Assembly: GCA_964187785.1 (NCBI GenBank)
Contig: OZ076412.1
Span: 23,126,001-23,190,000, forward strand
From: Amphiscolops sp. MND2022
Lineage: Eukaryota
Length of the DNA: 64,000 bases
Direction of reading: 5' to 3'
Position numbers and translations under genes: made by a program. Below, piece by piece: positions 56,601 through 64,000 of this stretch. The notes below the pieces were generated by a model, which worked only from the letters and a program-made list of their open reading frames with translations, was not told where the DNA came from and did not search any database. The stretch's first letter is position 1. The number at the start of each line of letters is the position of its first letter.

Positions 56601-58353
56601 AATCTTTCTGCCCAACACTTCAATAATAACCAAGATGAACAGTTTTCAGTTTTTGGGCTAATCCCAAGATTTCACTGGAATGTCTCAGCACCGATTATGA
56701 GCTAGTGCTTCCCCCTAACCAACTTTCATCCATTTTCAACTATAAGTACTCGATTTTTGGAACTTCCTAAATCTTCGCTGTTTCTGAGCTTTAAATGCGA
56801 TGCCGATCCTGGGTCATGTTTGTAGTTATATTTGAAGACGTTTCAGAAGGTACAGCGTTTTACATTCCCCTGATTTTCACGATGTATTTTTTTTGTATCT
56901 AACGTTCGATCTGTCTTTCGAGTTACGGCCATTTACAATTCAGCGATGACCCAGAGTGACTTGCGTTGGTCTTTCATCCGACACATTTTGGAGCTATTAC
57001 TGTATCATTCCGATGTTGTGTGCCTTTAATTCTTATCAAAAACTTTTGCTTTCTCGACCTATTTATTGCATTTTGTTTTGTTTGTTAGTTTTGCTCAGAC
57101 TGTTTCAACATGCAAATTAGCAGTGTTCTGTTTCCTCGATGTTTGTATGCGCTCCTCGTCATTTTAGAGACAGGTGAGCGGGACTTCCTGGTGATGCGTC
57201 ATTCATTGGAGGTGGAGAAAGTGGACGAGGTCAGTGGTAGGGAGGGAGTGGAGACAGTCAATGTGTGCATGGTGCAGTACGGGGACCCCTACGGATTCAG
57301 CGCCATGTCCAAGTGGGTCGGACTGCCTTGCGCGCTCGCCGCCAAGATGGTTCTCAGAGGTACCATTTATTAATATTTCTATATACAGTAGCTGCTGAAA
57401 AACTTGTATTATTGTATGCTGCAAACATGCGACTGTTGGCAGGCTGTTATTCAATTAATAGTACTCCTTTCTTTGAAAAATAAAAACAGTTGAGGCAAAT
57501 GTAAGTTATCTGTAAAATCTTTGTAAGAAAAACAATTTGATATACAAACAACTGAAAAGATCGAAAAAACGGAAGCAGCGGATATGGCTCTCTATGCTCG
57601 CAAAACGCTTTGTTTCTGCTAAATATTAAAAGGGGCCCATCGGTTTAAAAAACTTTCAGAAGAAAGTCGTCGCATAGTCCCAAAAAACTCCCAAATGAGC
57701 CATTTGGTCTTTCCTGTACATCTGCAAGCATAAATTTTCGTGTAGTACTGGCTTTGAACTCTCGTACACGCAGAGGAACTTACTCACCACGTAGAGAAGC
57801 TCAGGTTAACTCCAGATCAAGTGGGAAGTATTTTACAGCTTTCCACCAGCGCTTCTGGGAGCTATTGGTAGAAACTGTGGAGGAAAAGAATGAATTTTAA
57901 AAATCTTCGGCCAAAACTAGGGTTGTTTGTTTCTTAGGACTACCGGCATGTTTTTCCTTGATGATTGAAGAGTTTGGCTGGCCCCCTCCTCTAATTATTT
58001 CCGCACTCCTGATAAGAACGGCAGAGTAGGTCCAGAATTGTGTTGAAACGGCTATTGCTTCGCGAAAGTTCATTTCCAGAGATTTTATTTGCTAATTTCA
58101 ATCTAGTACTTAAGTGTGTACGTTTAAGCAACTGTTTTTTCCATGGAATTCATACAAAATATTATCTGTAATGGATTTTCATTATCATAATTTTTTCAAA
58201 TGCTATGTTTTAAAACAAGTCTGCTTTTCAGGTGAGATTAAAGACCATGGTTTCATTCGCCCAGTGTATAAAGATTTCTACGAACCCCTTCTGCAGAAAC
58301 TGCGCGAAGAGAAACTGGGAGACTACAAAGAGACTTATTTTACCCCAAAATAA
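8413..58353 (+). CDS. AASS: Alpha-aminoadipic semialdehyde synthase (LKR/SDH), 19 coding exons, 979 aa; whole-gene span
   Basis: Exon lengths sum to 2940 nt with consistent phases. LKR motifs: [55 protein letters not shown] motifs: [27 protein letters not shown]...[30 protein letters not shown]. Confidence 0.96.
8645..8843. mobile_element. Tigger-like MITE
   Basis: TA|CAGTCAAACTCGGATAAAAGAAAC ... GTTTCTTTTATCCGAGTTCGACTG|TA. Confidence 0.85.
9127..9587 (-). pseudogene. Possible degenerate hAT transposase C-terminus
   Basis: DSWW in one frame followed by [11 protein letters not shown] in another, resembling hAT WW...YLxxPASSA; weak. Confidence 0.3.
9793..9923 (+). CDS. AASS: AASS exon 2
   Basis: TTTCAG| acceptor; [44 protein letters not shown]; GC donor (AGG|GCTAGT). 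Confidence 0.92.
10079..10367 (+). mobile_element. Short HINE-like family A copy
   Basis: TTTTTAGTCGGCG 5' end; GCACCGACTTGGCCCGTTTCCGGTTTGTT 3' end. Confidence 0.65.
12019..12195 (+). CDS. AASS: AASS exon 3
   Basis: TTTTAG|; [59 protein letters not shown]; |GTTCGT. Confidence 0.95.
12549..12746 (+). CDS. AASS: AASS exon 4
   Basis: TTTCAG|; [10 protein letters not shown]...[48 protein letters not shown]; |GTCAGC. Confidence 0.96.
14000..15130 (+). repeat. Degenerate tandem array, ~350-bp unit, about 3 copies
   Basis: CTTAGA(T/A)A(T/A)CCAAAT at 14396, 14750 and 15100; GACTGGAAATGGGA at 14229 and 14937; GCACTAGAACATG at 14319 and 15022. Confidence 0.65.
15257..15732 (+). mobile_element. HINE-like family A copy
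   Basis: TTTTGGGTCGGCGC 5' end; GGCGCCGACTTGGGCCGGTCCCGGCTTGTT 3' end, 77 nt upstream of AASS exon 5. Confidence 0.72.
15809..15986 (+). CDS. AASS: AASS exon 5
   Basis: ACGTAG|; [43 protein letters not shown]...AENG; G|GTGAAG. Confidence 0.96.
18021..19720 (-). pseudogene. Frameshifted RNase H-integrase remainder of gypsy pol
   Basis: YSVPE*ELLA...[21 protein letters not shown]...[37 protein letters not shown]. One stop (~19713) and frameshifts near 19730, 19245 and 18615. Confidence 0.92.
19726..22074 (-). pseudogene. Gag-protease-RT-partial RNase H ORF of the gypsy element (782 aa)
   Basis: [16 protein letters not shown] and (Y)[13 protein letters not shown] knuckles, [50 protein letters not shown]. 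Ends at a frameshift inside RNase H. Confidence 0.93.
22268..22395 (+). CDS. AASS: AASS exon 6
   Basis: TTTCAG|; [43 protein letters not shown]; |GTTGTT. Confidence 0.93.
22575..22748. mobile_element. Tigger-like MITE
   Basis: TA|CAGTGGAAGCCGCTTA ... TAAGCGGCTTCCACTG|TA. Confidence 0.88.
23270..23424 (+). CDS. AASS: AASS exon 7
   Basis: TTTCAG|; [26 protein letters not shown]...DGCPPLPHR. The frame hits TGA at 23435-23437, and the only homology-preserving join uses the donor CAG|GGATTA. Confidence 0.9.
24480..24599 (+). CDS. AASS: AASS exon 8
   Basis: TGGTAG|A; [39 protein letters not shown]; AA|GTAAGG. Confidence 0.94.
25247..25418 (+). CDS. AASS: AASS exon 9
   Basis: TGGTAG|C; [38 protein letters not shown]...SPVIKN; |GTACGT. 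Confidence 0.95.
25520..25963. mobile_element. hAT-type MITE
   Basis: TIR CAGGGATGG / CCATCCCTG; 8-bp TSD GTTCCCGT / GTTCCCGC; GATAT-rich subterminal repeats. Confidence 0.85.
28370..29341 (+). mobile_element. HINE-like chimeric copy (family-B-type interior, family-A 3' end)
   Basis: Interior blocks GGCCCAGCACGCTATATCCG and GGCACTATGCGACTTACCGGAGAC; ends TATAGCGCCTACTTTAGACGTTCCCGCTTGTT. The 5' boundary is approximate. Confidence 0.6.
30914..30978 (+). repeat. 24-bp minisatellite, about 2.7 copies
   Basis: TTCACTTGATCAATCACCCAGTTC at 30914, 30938 and 30962. Confidence 0.9.
31112..31182 (+). CDS. AASS: AASS exon 10
   Basis: TTTCAG|; [23 protein letters not shown] (matches the AVITSNGxLxxKYxYI end of LKR); CA|GTGAGT. 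Confidence 0.92.
32084..32649. mobile_element. piggyBac-like MITE
   Basis: TTAA|CCCTCTTCTGCAT ... ATGCAGAAGAGGG|TTAA: perfect 13-bp TIR with TTAA TSD. Confidence 0.88.
34152..34470. mobile_element. hAT-like MITE
   Basis: CAAGGGCGGA ... TCCGCCATTG; 8-bp TSD CTTTTCAG / GTTTTCAG. Confidence 0.7.
34696..35459. mobile_element. Mutator/foldback-like MITE
   Basis: ~75-bp near-perfect inverted arms (ATACCAGAGGTCGAAAGACC...GACGGTCAAAATACCAG) built from short repeats; 9-bp TSD ACTCGGAAT / ACTCGAAAT. Confidence 0.75.
35691..36372 (+). mobile_element. HINE-like family A copy (best preserved)
   Basis: Subterminal inverted repeats AGTCGGCGC / GCGCCGACT, 3' hairpin GCCGG-TC-CCGGC, terminal TT. Confidence 0.75.
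36564..37573 (+). mobile_element. HINE-like family B copy
   Basis: ACACTTGCGATAAGCAAGTGT 5' end; CGCAAGTGTTTGCGAAGCATGGCTTCACCTCTGTGT 3' end. Confidence 0.72.
37963..38500. mobile_element. Unclassified TIR element
   Basis: ~38-bp imperfect TIR CCCCTAGTTGAAACTGCAGGAACTTTTTACATGCTGC / GCAGCATGCAAAAAGTTCAAGCAGTTTCAACAAGGG; no clear TSD. Confidence 0.6.
39183..39316 (+). CDS. AASS: AASS exon 11 (linker and start of SDH)
   Basis: TGTTAG|G; [44 protein letters not shown]; G|GTATGT. Confidence 0.92.
39618..39759 (+). CDS. AASS: AASS exon 12
   Basis: CCACAG|; [47 protein letters not shown]; AG|GTACAT. Confidence 0.93.
40384..41143 (+). mobile_element. Two adjacent HINE-like family A units (3' ends at 40852 and ~41143)
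   Basis: TTCTAGTCGGCG start, two family A 3' termini, shared AAGGGTCCCCCC core. Confidence 0.65.
42172..42391 (+). CDS. AASS: AASS exon 13
   Basis: TTATAG|T; [15 protein letters not shown]...TTSYMNP...[26 protein letters not shown]; |GTGAGC. Confidence 0.96.
42794..42943 (+). CDS. AASS: AASS exon 14
   Basis: TTGTAG|; [50 protein letters not shown]; |GTTAGC. Confidence 0.95.
43247..44199 (+). mobile_element. hAT deletion derivative with BED-finger and hAT dimerization-domain remnants
   Basis: TIRs CAAGGATGTTAATT / AATTAACAACCCTG and perfect 8-bp TSD CGATTATG. Coding remnants: [12 protein letters not shown] (43425), CKKC...RLKSHLTKC, and WW...[14 protein letters not shown]...[12 protein letters not shown]. 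Confidence 0.9.
44304..44477. mobile_element. Degenerate Tigger-like MITE
   Basis: TA|CACTCAACTCCGCTTATAACG ... CGTTATAAACGGAGGTCACTC|TA. Confidence 0.7.
44529..44680 (+). CDS. AASS: AASS exon 15
   Basis: ATGTAG|; [50 protein letters not shown]; AG|GTAGAA. Confidence 0.95.
45841..45943 (+). CDS. AASS: AASS exon 16
   Basis: TTTCAG|G; [35 protein letters not shown]; |GTTAGT. Confidence 0.95.
46514..46718 (+). CDS. AASS: AASS exon 17
   Basis: TGGCAG|; [27 protein letters not shown]...[15 protein letters not shown]; A|GTTAGT. Confidence 0.9.
46983..47449. mobile_element. hAT-type MITE
   Basis: TAGGGCCAGGCAAA / TTTGCCTGGCCCTA; 8-bp TSD ATCATCAG / ATGATCAG. Confidence 0.85.
50125..51622. repeat. 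Outer ~105-bp inverted repeat pair (50125-50230 / 51519-51622) with AATTAATTG subterminal arrays
   Basis: AAGTTTTTTCTTCA...CAGACCG...AATGAATGTTC...TGGCAATCAATG recurs as a reverse complement. Confidence 0.65.
50706..51054. mobile_element. TIR MITE with GGG...CCC ends, nested in a larger inverted-repeat element
   Basis: GGGTGACTATTCAAATCGTAGAATATTCAAA / TTTGAATATTCTACGATTTGAACCGTCCCC; flanks GGTTATAA / GGTTAGAA. Confidence 0.7.
51798..52225. mobile_element. TIR MITE with GTGGTCCC subterminal repeats
   Basis: TGGTACTCC..TAAGTGTGGTCCC / GGGACCACACTTAGTCAGGAGTACTA; flanked by TACAAAAG direct repeats (51790, 52224). Confidence 0.65.
52430..52503 (+). repeat. tRNA-derived SINE-like head
   Basis: TGGCCCAGTGG A box, GGTTCGAATC B box, T-arm GCGGG/CTCGC; acceptor and anticodon stems are broken. 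Confidence 0.55.
53991..55272. mobile_element. Unclassified TIR element carrying a 231-bp tandem array
   Basis: CAGTGCACAGGCAA / TTGCCTGTGCACTC; GTGGAATCC motif arrays near both ends. Confidence 0.55.
54253..54870 (+). repeat. Tandem repeat, 231-bp unit, about 2.7 copies
   Basis: TGTTTTGATTGACACGAAA starts at 54253, 54484 and 54715; copies are highly similar. Confidence 0.92.
55363..55950 (+). other. Orphan intronless 195-aa ORF, probably a 5' fragment of a transposable-element ORF
   Basis: ATG start, basic N-terminus [14 protein letters not shown]-rich linker, amphipathic helical segment. No splice link to AASS, and it runs into a HINE-like 3' fragment at ~55930-56102. Confidence 0.4.
57168..57359 (+). 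CDS. AASS: AASS exon 18
   Basis: TTTTAG|; [12 protein letters not shown]...[28 protein letters not shown]; G|GTACCA. Confidence 0.95.
58232..58353 (+). CDS. AASS: AASS exon 19 (terminal)
   Basis: TTTCAG|; [40 protein letters not shown]. Confidence 0.93.
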
Positions 58354-58790
58354 TAGACTTCAAAAGCTTTACTCACAATTAATAACTGCTGTCCGCCTGA
58401 TGTGACCTGGGGTCAATCGCAGCTGTCTACTTAACAAAACTACAGTCACAAACCAGAACTCAAACATCTTTGATATTATTTTGTATGGGATGGTCAATTG
58501 GCTTTATTGGAATTTTTGGTACTGAATTGAGCTCAAAGATGCACTTTAGATGCAGCCATGTCAGTCCACTAGCGCTCTCTATTCATAGTCAAGATTATCA
58601 ACAATGCTTCTGTTTCGAGTGAGCAAACTGGTGTTCTGGTGTTACTACACTACCAGTGCTCTCTTGAAATGTGGAGATACGGTGACCAGATTGGACCAAA
58701 CCGGTGGAAAATTTTAACAAGTGATTGGAATTTTGATTTGAACGAAACTTTTACCCAGTTGCCTCCCTTTCGCATTGTGAAGCAAAAAAA

Positions 58791-58878
58791 TGGTCCAGTG
58801 CATGACTCGAACCCACGTTTCCCTGCTTGTGAGGCCCTGTCACTGGACATAACAACCCGCGTTAACCGCTGAACTACA
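58791..58878 (-). repeat. tRNA-derived SINE-like head
   Basis: Minus strand TATGTCCAGTGACAGGGCCTCACAAGCAGGGAAACGTGGGTTCGAGTCATGCACTGGACCA followed by T7. Similar to the minus-strand segment at ~13040-13105. Confidence 0.5.
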
Positions 58879-59992
58879 TAACGATACACATCCCGGTAAA
58901 ATGTGTATTTCAGTCACGCAGCGTAATCTGTTCAATACATAAAATGGTCATTCAGCGTAAGTCAGTCACGATGGTCTACTGTTAGGTGTAGCTGTGTAAT
59001 GGAAAATAGTGTCAAATAGTCAAGGCGCGTAGTTAGTGAAAAGTGGAAGTTGGTTTGAAAATGCACTTTTCCGTAATTCAGTCAAACTTTGATCAAATTC
59101 CACTTATTAAAAGTATAGCGGTCGACAGTTTGGAATAAGTGGAATGTCAACGTTTGACGAACTTACTATGTTTGTATACATTCAAAGATGAGTAAGCATT
59201 CAATATTAGTAAGTGAAAAGCATTCCACCTGCGATTCTAGTAGTTGTTGCCGGAATCTGGAGAAAAAAGTTCATGGAAAAGCGAGGAAAAAGTGGAGTTC
59301 CGTTCAGCAACCAATAGTGGTTTCAGCTGTATTCAAAAAGACTGCGAAAACAACTGGTAACTCAAGATTTTCAAGACCGTGAAAAATGTTTTCAAAGGAC
59401 TATTAGATATGAATTGTTTCCTTGATTTTTTTTTTCATTTTTCTTGCTTCCCACCGAGGTTTTACCGAAAGAAAATGTTTATAAAACGTTTCTGACCAGA
59501 TTGCTTTATTTGTCAAAAACTGATTTCAGAGACTGTCAAAAATAGCATAAAACGATTTCTGAAAGCATCACTTCTACTCACAATCTCTGAGACTTGTCCC
59601 GTATAAAAGATAGGTTTTGTTAGATTTTCAGAAATCGAAAAAAAACATCGAGAGTAAAGACACGCTTTCGCTGACAAAAAATGACGGCAAATTTTTTAAT
59701 TCAGTTCACTGAAAATCACAGGAGCACAACCGCCTGCATTTTGTATTAGAATTAAAACAATTTGTTTTCAAACAAGCAAAATTTATAAAAGTTCTTACAC
59801 TCAGCCTCTATTTGACGTTTGGCATTTTCTAGTTCTTCATGCATTGTCTCGGGAAATTTTTGTTTGGAAACAAAAACCTGAAACAAAACTTTGCTCAAAA
59901 GAATTTTTAAGTGAGAACAATGATCGATACGCGGTGCTAAGACCGAATTAGCGTATCTGTTTTTCTGGAAAAGCGCCTTTTTTGGATACGTA

Positions 59993-60747
59993 CAGTGCAT
60001 GACCAAAAATTTACGGTTTGCTAGTTAAGTGTATAAAAATTCGAGGAAGCGTGAAAAAAACTTACTTCCGCTTACTGCTAAAACATTATTACGTTTAAAA
60101 TGGTTTAAAAAACGTCTCAAGAACGCCTTAAGGTCGTTATTCCTCGACATAGGGCCTTTCGTGGGAGAAAATTCGAGAGATGCGTTTTTCAAACAAATCA
60201 ACGGCTCAAACAATCTATAAAACTACCTGAAAAAAGACAGTGTAGATGACGCAAAAAGGAGTGGTAGACCTCCGAAATTGACATAAAAAGACCCCAAAAA
60301 GTATTGTTGAAGACCCAAAAAGATGCAAGAGTGCAGACTATATTAATCTGCTGAAGACGACCGGAATCGACACATTGGGCGGGAACCAGTTTTTCATGGA
60401 TGACAACTGTCCCATCCATCGATCGAGGGAACTTAAGCAGTGGCTTCATGACAATAGCATTGCGGAAGAGTTCTGGCCCCCATACAGCCCAGATTTCAAT
60501 CCCATAGAAAATTTTTGGGCCCAAATGAAAAGAGAACTCAACGCAATGCACCTCACCCCAGACACCCTCGAAGAAACAGTTTATTCTGTTTGGAATATTG
60601 TTAAGGACTCTTTCATCGAAAAACTTTATTCTTCTATGCCCAATCGTATTTCACAATGTATTAGAAACTCTTGTTTTTCAATAAAATACTAGATATGCGT
60701 CTTTTTGAAAATTCAAGAGGGGGCCGTGAACTTTTGTCCATGCACTG
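59993..60747 (+). mobile_element. Tc1/mariner (DD34E) deletion derivative
   Basis: TA|CAGTGCATGACCAAAAATTTACGG ... CCGTGAACTTTTGTCCATGCACTG|TA. ORF 60375-60692 has FMDDNCPIHR...WPPYSPDFNPIEN with 34 residues between the D and the E. Confidence 0.92.
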
Positions 60748-62223
60748 TATATTGCACACTACGGTAATAATTTACAGCCAAACGGTTAAAACTGCCTTCA
60801 AAATGAGTTTTTCAAAGCCATAAGAGTCGAATTGATTTGTCCTTGGTCTTTTCATTTAGGTTTTCTGTCAGGTGAGTTTTTTAATGACCATACTATTGAG
60901 CTTAGGAGTAAAGAAACTGCCCGAGAGTCGACGACTGAGTTGAAGAAAATCTAAAGCTGTTGGTGTGCTCAGATTAAAAGTTGGGAGATACTTTTTTGAG
61001 AATGATGAATCATAGACTGAACTAATTTCTATGTCATAAAAATTATTGAGATTTTAGAAAAGTTTAAATGAAGTTCATGCTTTGCTCGCAATACGTCAAG
61101 TATGACTCATTTCTAATTTGGTTACCCAGCATTCTAACCCCGTTGATTTCATCAATATATTTGATCGCGATAGCGGATCTTGAAAACCAGTTCATTAAAA
61201 TCTTGGAGAGAAACTGTTCAATGAAGCCAGTGTCCAGAGTTTATCAGTTGAATTAAGAATCTCCAGTTGTTATCCAAAACCCAATTTTACAGCACAGTCG
61301 TTGGTCGATGCAAGATTGTGTAATCCAGTCACGATACTCCAAAGAGCTGTCCAATGAAACTGACTGTGAAAATATAAATTCAATTGATCTATTTTTAAAA
61401 CATACACCGCGCTTTGCCTTGTTATATACATAATGTGCTTGGGAAGACGGCGTTGAACCAATAGTTTTTGTGTCGAAAATAAATCCCGTTTTGAGATGAG
61501 CGAGTTCATGATCCTTTAGTAATGGCCTCCGAGGGATTTGCATGGACATCGTTCCACTTTGACGGCTATGAAGTTGAAGCTGCCTATGCCGTCTTTTCTA
61601 AATTGTTGAGAGTTCAAGAGCTCTGGTGGGTTTCAAAGAATTGGAAAGATGGTGTTTGGTGGTGTCGCAATGTTATCTCCGCTTCTGAGAAGTTATTAGA
61701 GCTGCAAACATAGAAGGATATTTCGTCGACTCGTTGATGAGTTCAAGAACCTGGAGAACTCAATTTTTCTGCCCTTTGGATTTAGCCACCAGGTCGTTAC
61801 TTTTGATCCAAAGTGGATTGAACTTCAAACGTGGGAAGTTGTTCCTAAGGATCCAATGGAGGAAACAAGAAAGGAAGTCATGTTGAAGAATTGTCTTACG
61901 CAATGGGGTATTCGTGTGGGGAGTGTAAAGAAGCTCAAGATGCCTTCTGCGTTGGGTCGTCACCGGGATCAGCGTAATACAGACAAAAATCATCAAAAAG
62001 TGAGCAAACATTACAAACTTTGTCAAAACTTTCATATTTAACAGTGCCCACTGAACAAATGAGATAACCATAAAAATCGAATGGGTAATTCGACAGTCAT
62101 AGTTGATGAGCGTGTTCTGACGAAGCAATAACTCGATAAATATGGTTATAACTAAGAAAATTTTTCAATGTAACAACATCAACGACATCATATAAATTGC
62201 TGTATGTTTTAAGATATGTATAT

Positions 62224-63280
62224 TTACACTTCTCGTAATTTCGTCGTTACCACAGTATATTTTTGTTTTCGTCCAAGTTTCCAGTCAAGTGGTGCGAAGT
62301 TTTTTTCTGCTAATAAAACCTGATCATTGATCTTGAATGCAGCATCACTTTTCACATTTTCGCGAGTTTGGAGTGTGACAAGATAGTCTCTGCTCCAAGA
62401 CTTGCAAAAATATGATTTAATTTTCCGGAAGAGGTTATATCTTTGACTCATTGAAACACGATTAGATGCCTCACATCGCCCAGATGGAATACTCCTTCTA
62501 GGTCTGTCAATCAAAAAGTGTCGAAAGTGTTGAAATCTTCATAAGTTCCCACTTGTTTCCCCACTACTCTTTTCAAATGATGCTTCACTGCAGCTACATA
62601 TAGGCCTCCGAAATGAGGTGCTCGCGGGGGTATAGTGACCCTATCAATTCCTTCTTACGAAACAAAGTTGAAAATGAGTCTTTCGTTTGTTCACGATACA
62701 TGGTTGCTTGTACTTTTATTAAGCCTGATCGCGCTCCAGCAAGTTTGATCCATTGTAACTGAAGAATCGTTTCGGCAATCTGCGTCGAGCAACAAATCGT
62801 TTCAATGCAGAGAGTATTTCCAGGTGCACTGTCTCAGTACAAATTCAAATGAAAACAGCAATGTAAGTTTTCAAGTCTGGTTTGTAATTAAGGGTCCTGC
62901 AAAATCAAGACTAATAATTGTGAGTGGTTTTGCTGGAGTTGTTCTCTCTTGGGGCAGATCAGCCATGATTTGTACAGGTGGCTTTGAAGTAAAACGAGAA
63001 CGTTTTACACAGTTTTTCAAAATATTTCGCGCTAATTCTCGTACATTATTCAATATTCTCGACTTGTGTTTAGTGTCAGCAGGCTCCACCCATGAATCGT
63101 TGACAGATGGATATGCTTTAGTTCTAGATGAGCCAGTGATGATTTCTTTGCAACAAGAGGAGGAAACTTTTTGTTTTCAGAAAGACTGCTTTGAGAGGAG
63201 CACCTCCAACAGGATTTATTGAATGTTCAGCGCCGCACAATGGTGAAAGATTGAGAATTTTGTTCATCATTGACAGTTCT
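62224..63280 (-). pseudogene. BEL/Pao LTR retrotransposon integrase relic
   Basis: QIMADLPQERTTPAKP...LDFAGP (62871-63089), HFGGLY..AVK, and WSRDYLVTLQ...DQVLLAEKNFAPLDWKLGR (62224-62514). Multiple stops and frameshifts. Confidence 0.8.
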
Positions 63281-63287
63281 CCTCCGC

Positions 63288-63725
63288 TTTTTAGTCGGCG
63301 CTTCATGAAGTGAAACGCGACTGTTGTAGTTTTTTTTCAATCCGCACAATTTGACCAAAATAGTTACTAAAAGTTCTACGAAACTTCATGGTGCCAAATC
63401 AAATCAATTGACCTAGCGAACTGAACCAAAAAGCTTTGACCCTCTCTCCGCGTAACATACAATACCGTTAGAAACTGAATGGTCTTCCCTTTCAGTTTTT
63501 TGGTATTGTTAGACTTTGTTCGAAAAAGTTTTCCCCAAGAGTCTCCCCTTCAATTTTTTTGGTGTTTTGTAACAATGGATGTTAAAAAATGCGGAAGGGT
63601 CCAATCTGGGTCCGACTTTTTGGGTTTTTCAGTTACTGTAGAAGAGAATACTTTAACACTTTCAAGTTCTTTTGCTCAAACTGAGCCCTATGTATGGTGC
63701 CGACTTGTTCCGGTCCCGGCTTTTT
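63288..63725 (+). mobile_element. HINE-like family A copy abutting the BEL/Pao relic
   Basis: TTTTTAGTCGGCGCTTCATGAAGTGAAACGCGACT start; GGTGCCGACTTGTTCCGGTCCCGGCTTTTT end. Confidence 0.72.
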
Positions 63726-64000
63726 AACCGATTATAATACTTTTTTTCTTGTTGATATTGTTGGATAATAAGTAATTGAGTTTCTTTATAATTGTTTGCA
63801 TTAATTGCTTTGTGCCTTGGCCCGTGTTTGCAGTATGCTCACTACTCTCATAACCAGGGCTGCTACGCGTAGTAATTTGCGCAATGACGAGAATCGGTTC
63901 GTATCGAAAATGATTTGAATTTTAAGTTGTAACATATTCTAGTGCTTCTTTTTTCTTTCGATCATCCAGAGGTGGTTTGTCAAACTGAGGTTGTTCAGGC

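Noticed and set aside
58791-58848. D-armless tRNA gene
   Set aside because: The apparent 5' acceptor strand aligns with the A-box region of related heads, and the anticodon and T stems are poor.
61250-62130. Further Pao RT/RNase H remnants
   Set aside because: Only isolated short motifs (DLATR, VGSSP) in inconsistent frames.

Overview
AT-rich, repeat-dense metazoan (probably invertebrate) genomic DNA; I cannot determine the species from the sequence. There are two host genes, both on the + strand. RPLP1 (60S acidic ribosomal protein P1) has 2 coding exons at 1257-2017 (114 aa). AASS (bifunctional lysine-ketoglutarate reductase/saccharopine dehydrogenase) has 19 coding exons over 8413-58353 that join into one 2940-nt ORF (979 aa). 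Two AASS introns can only be joined with non-GT donors: GC at 9924 and GG at 23425. The introns and flanks are filled with mobile DNA. This includes a full-length but disabled Ty3/gypsy element with identical 111-bp LTRs; many non-autonomous elements with Helentron/HINE (DINE-1-like) architecture, in two terminal families sharing one internal core, one of which carries a tRNA-Glu-like head; pogo/Tigger, Tc1 (DD34E), hAT, piggyBac-like and Mutator-like elements with TIRs/TSDs; a BEL/Pao integrase relic; tRNA-derived SINE-like heads; and tandem arrays. Most short ORFs in the track are spurious frames in repeats. Exon boundaries were read by hand, and homology statements come from my memory of the protein families, not from database searches.
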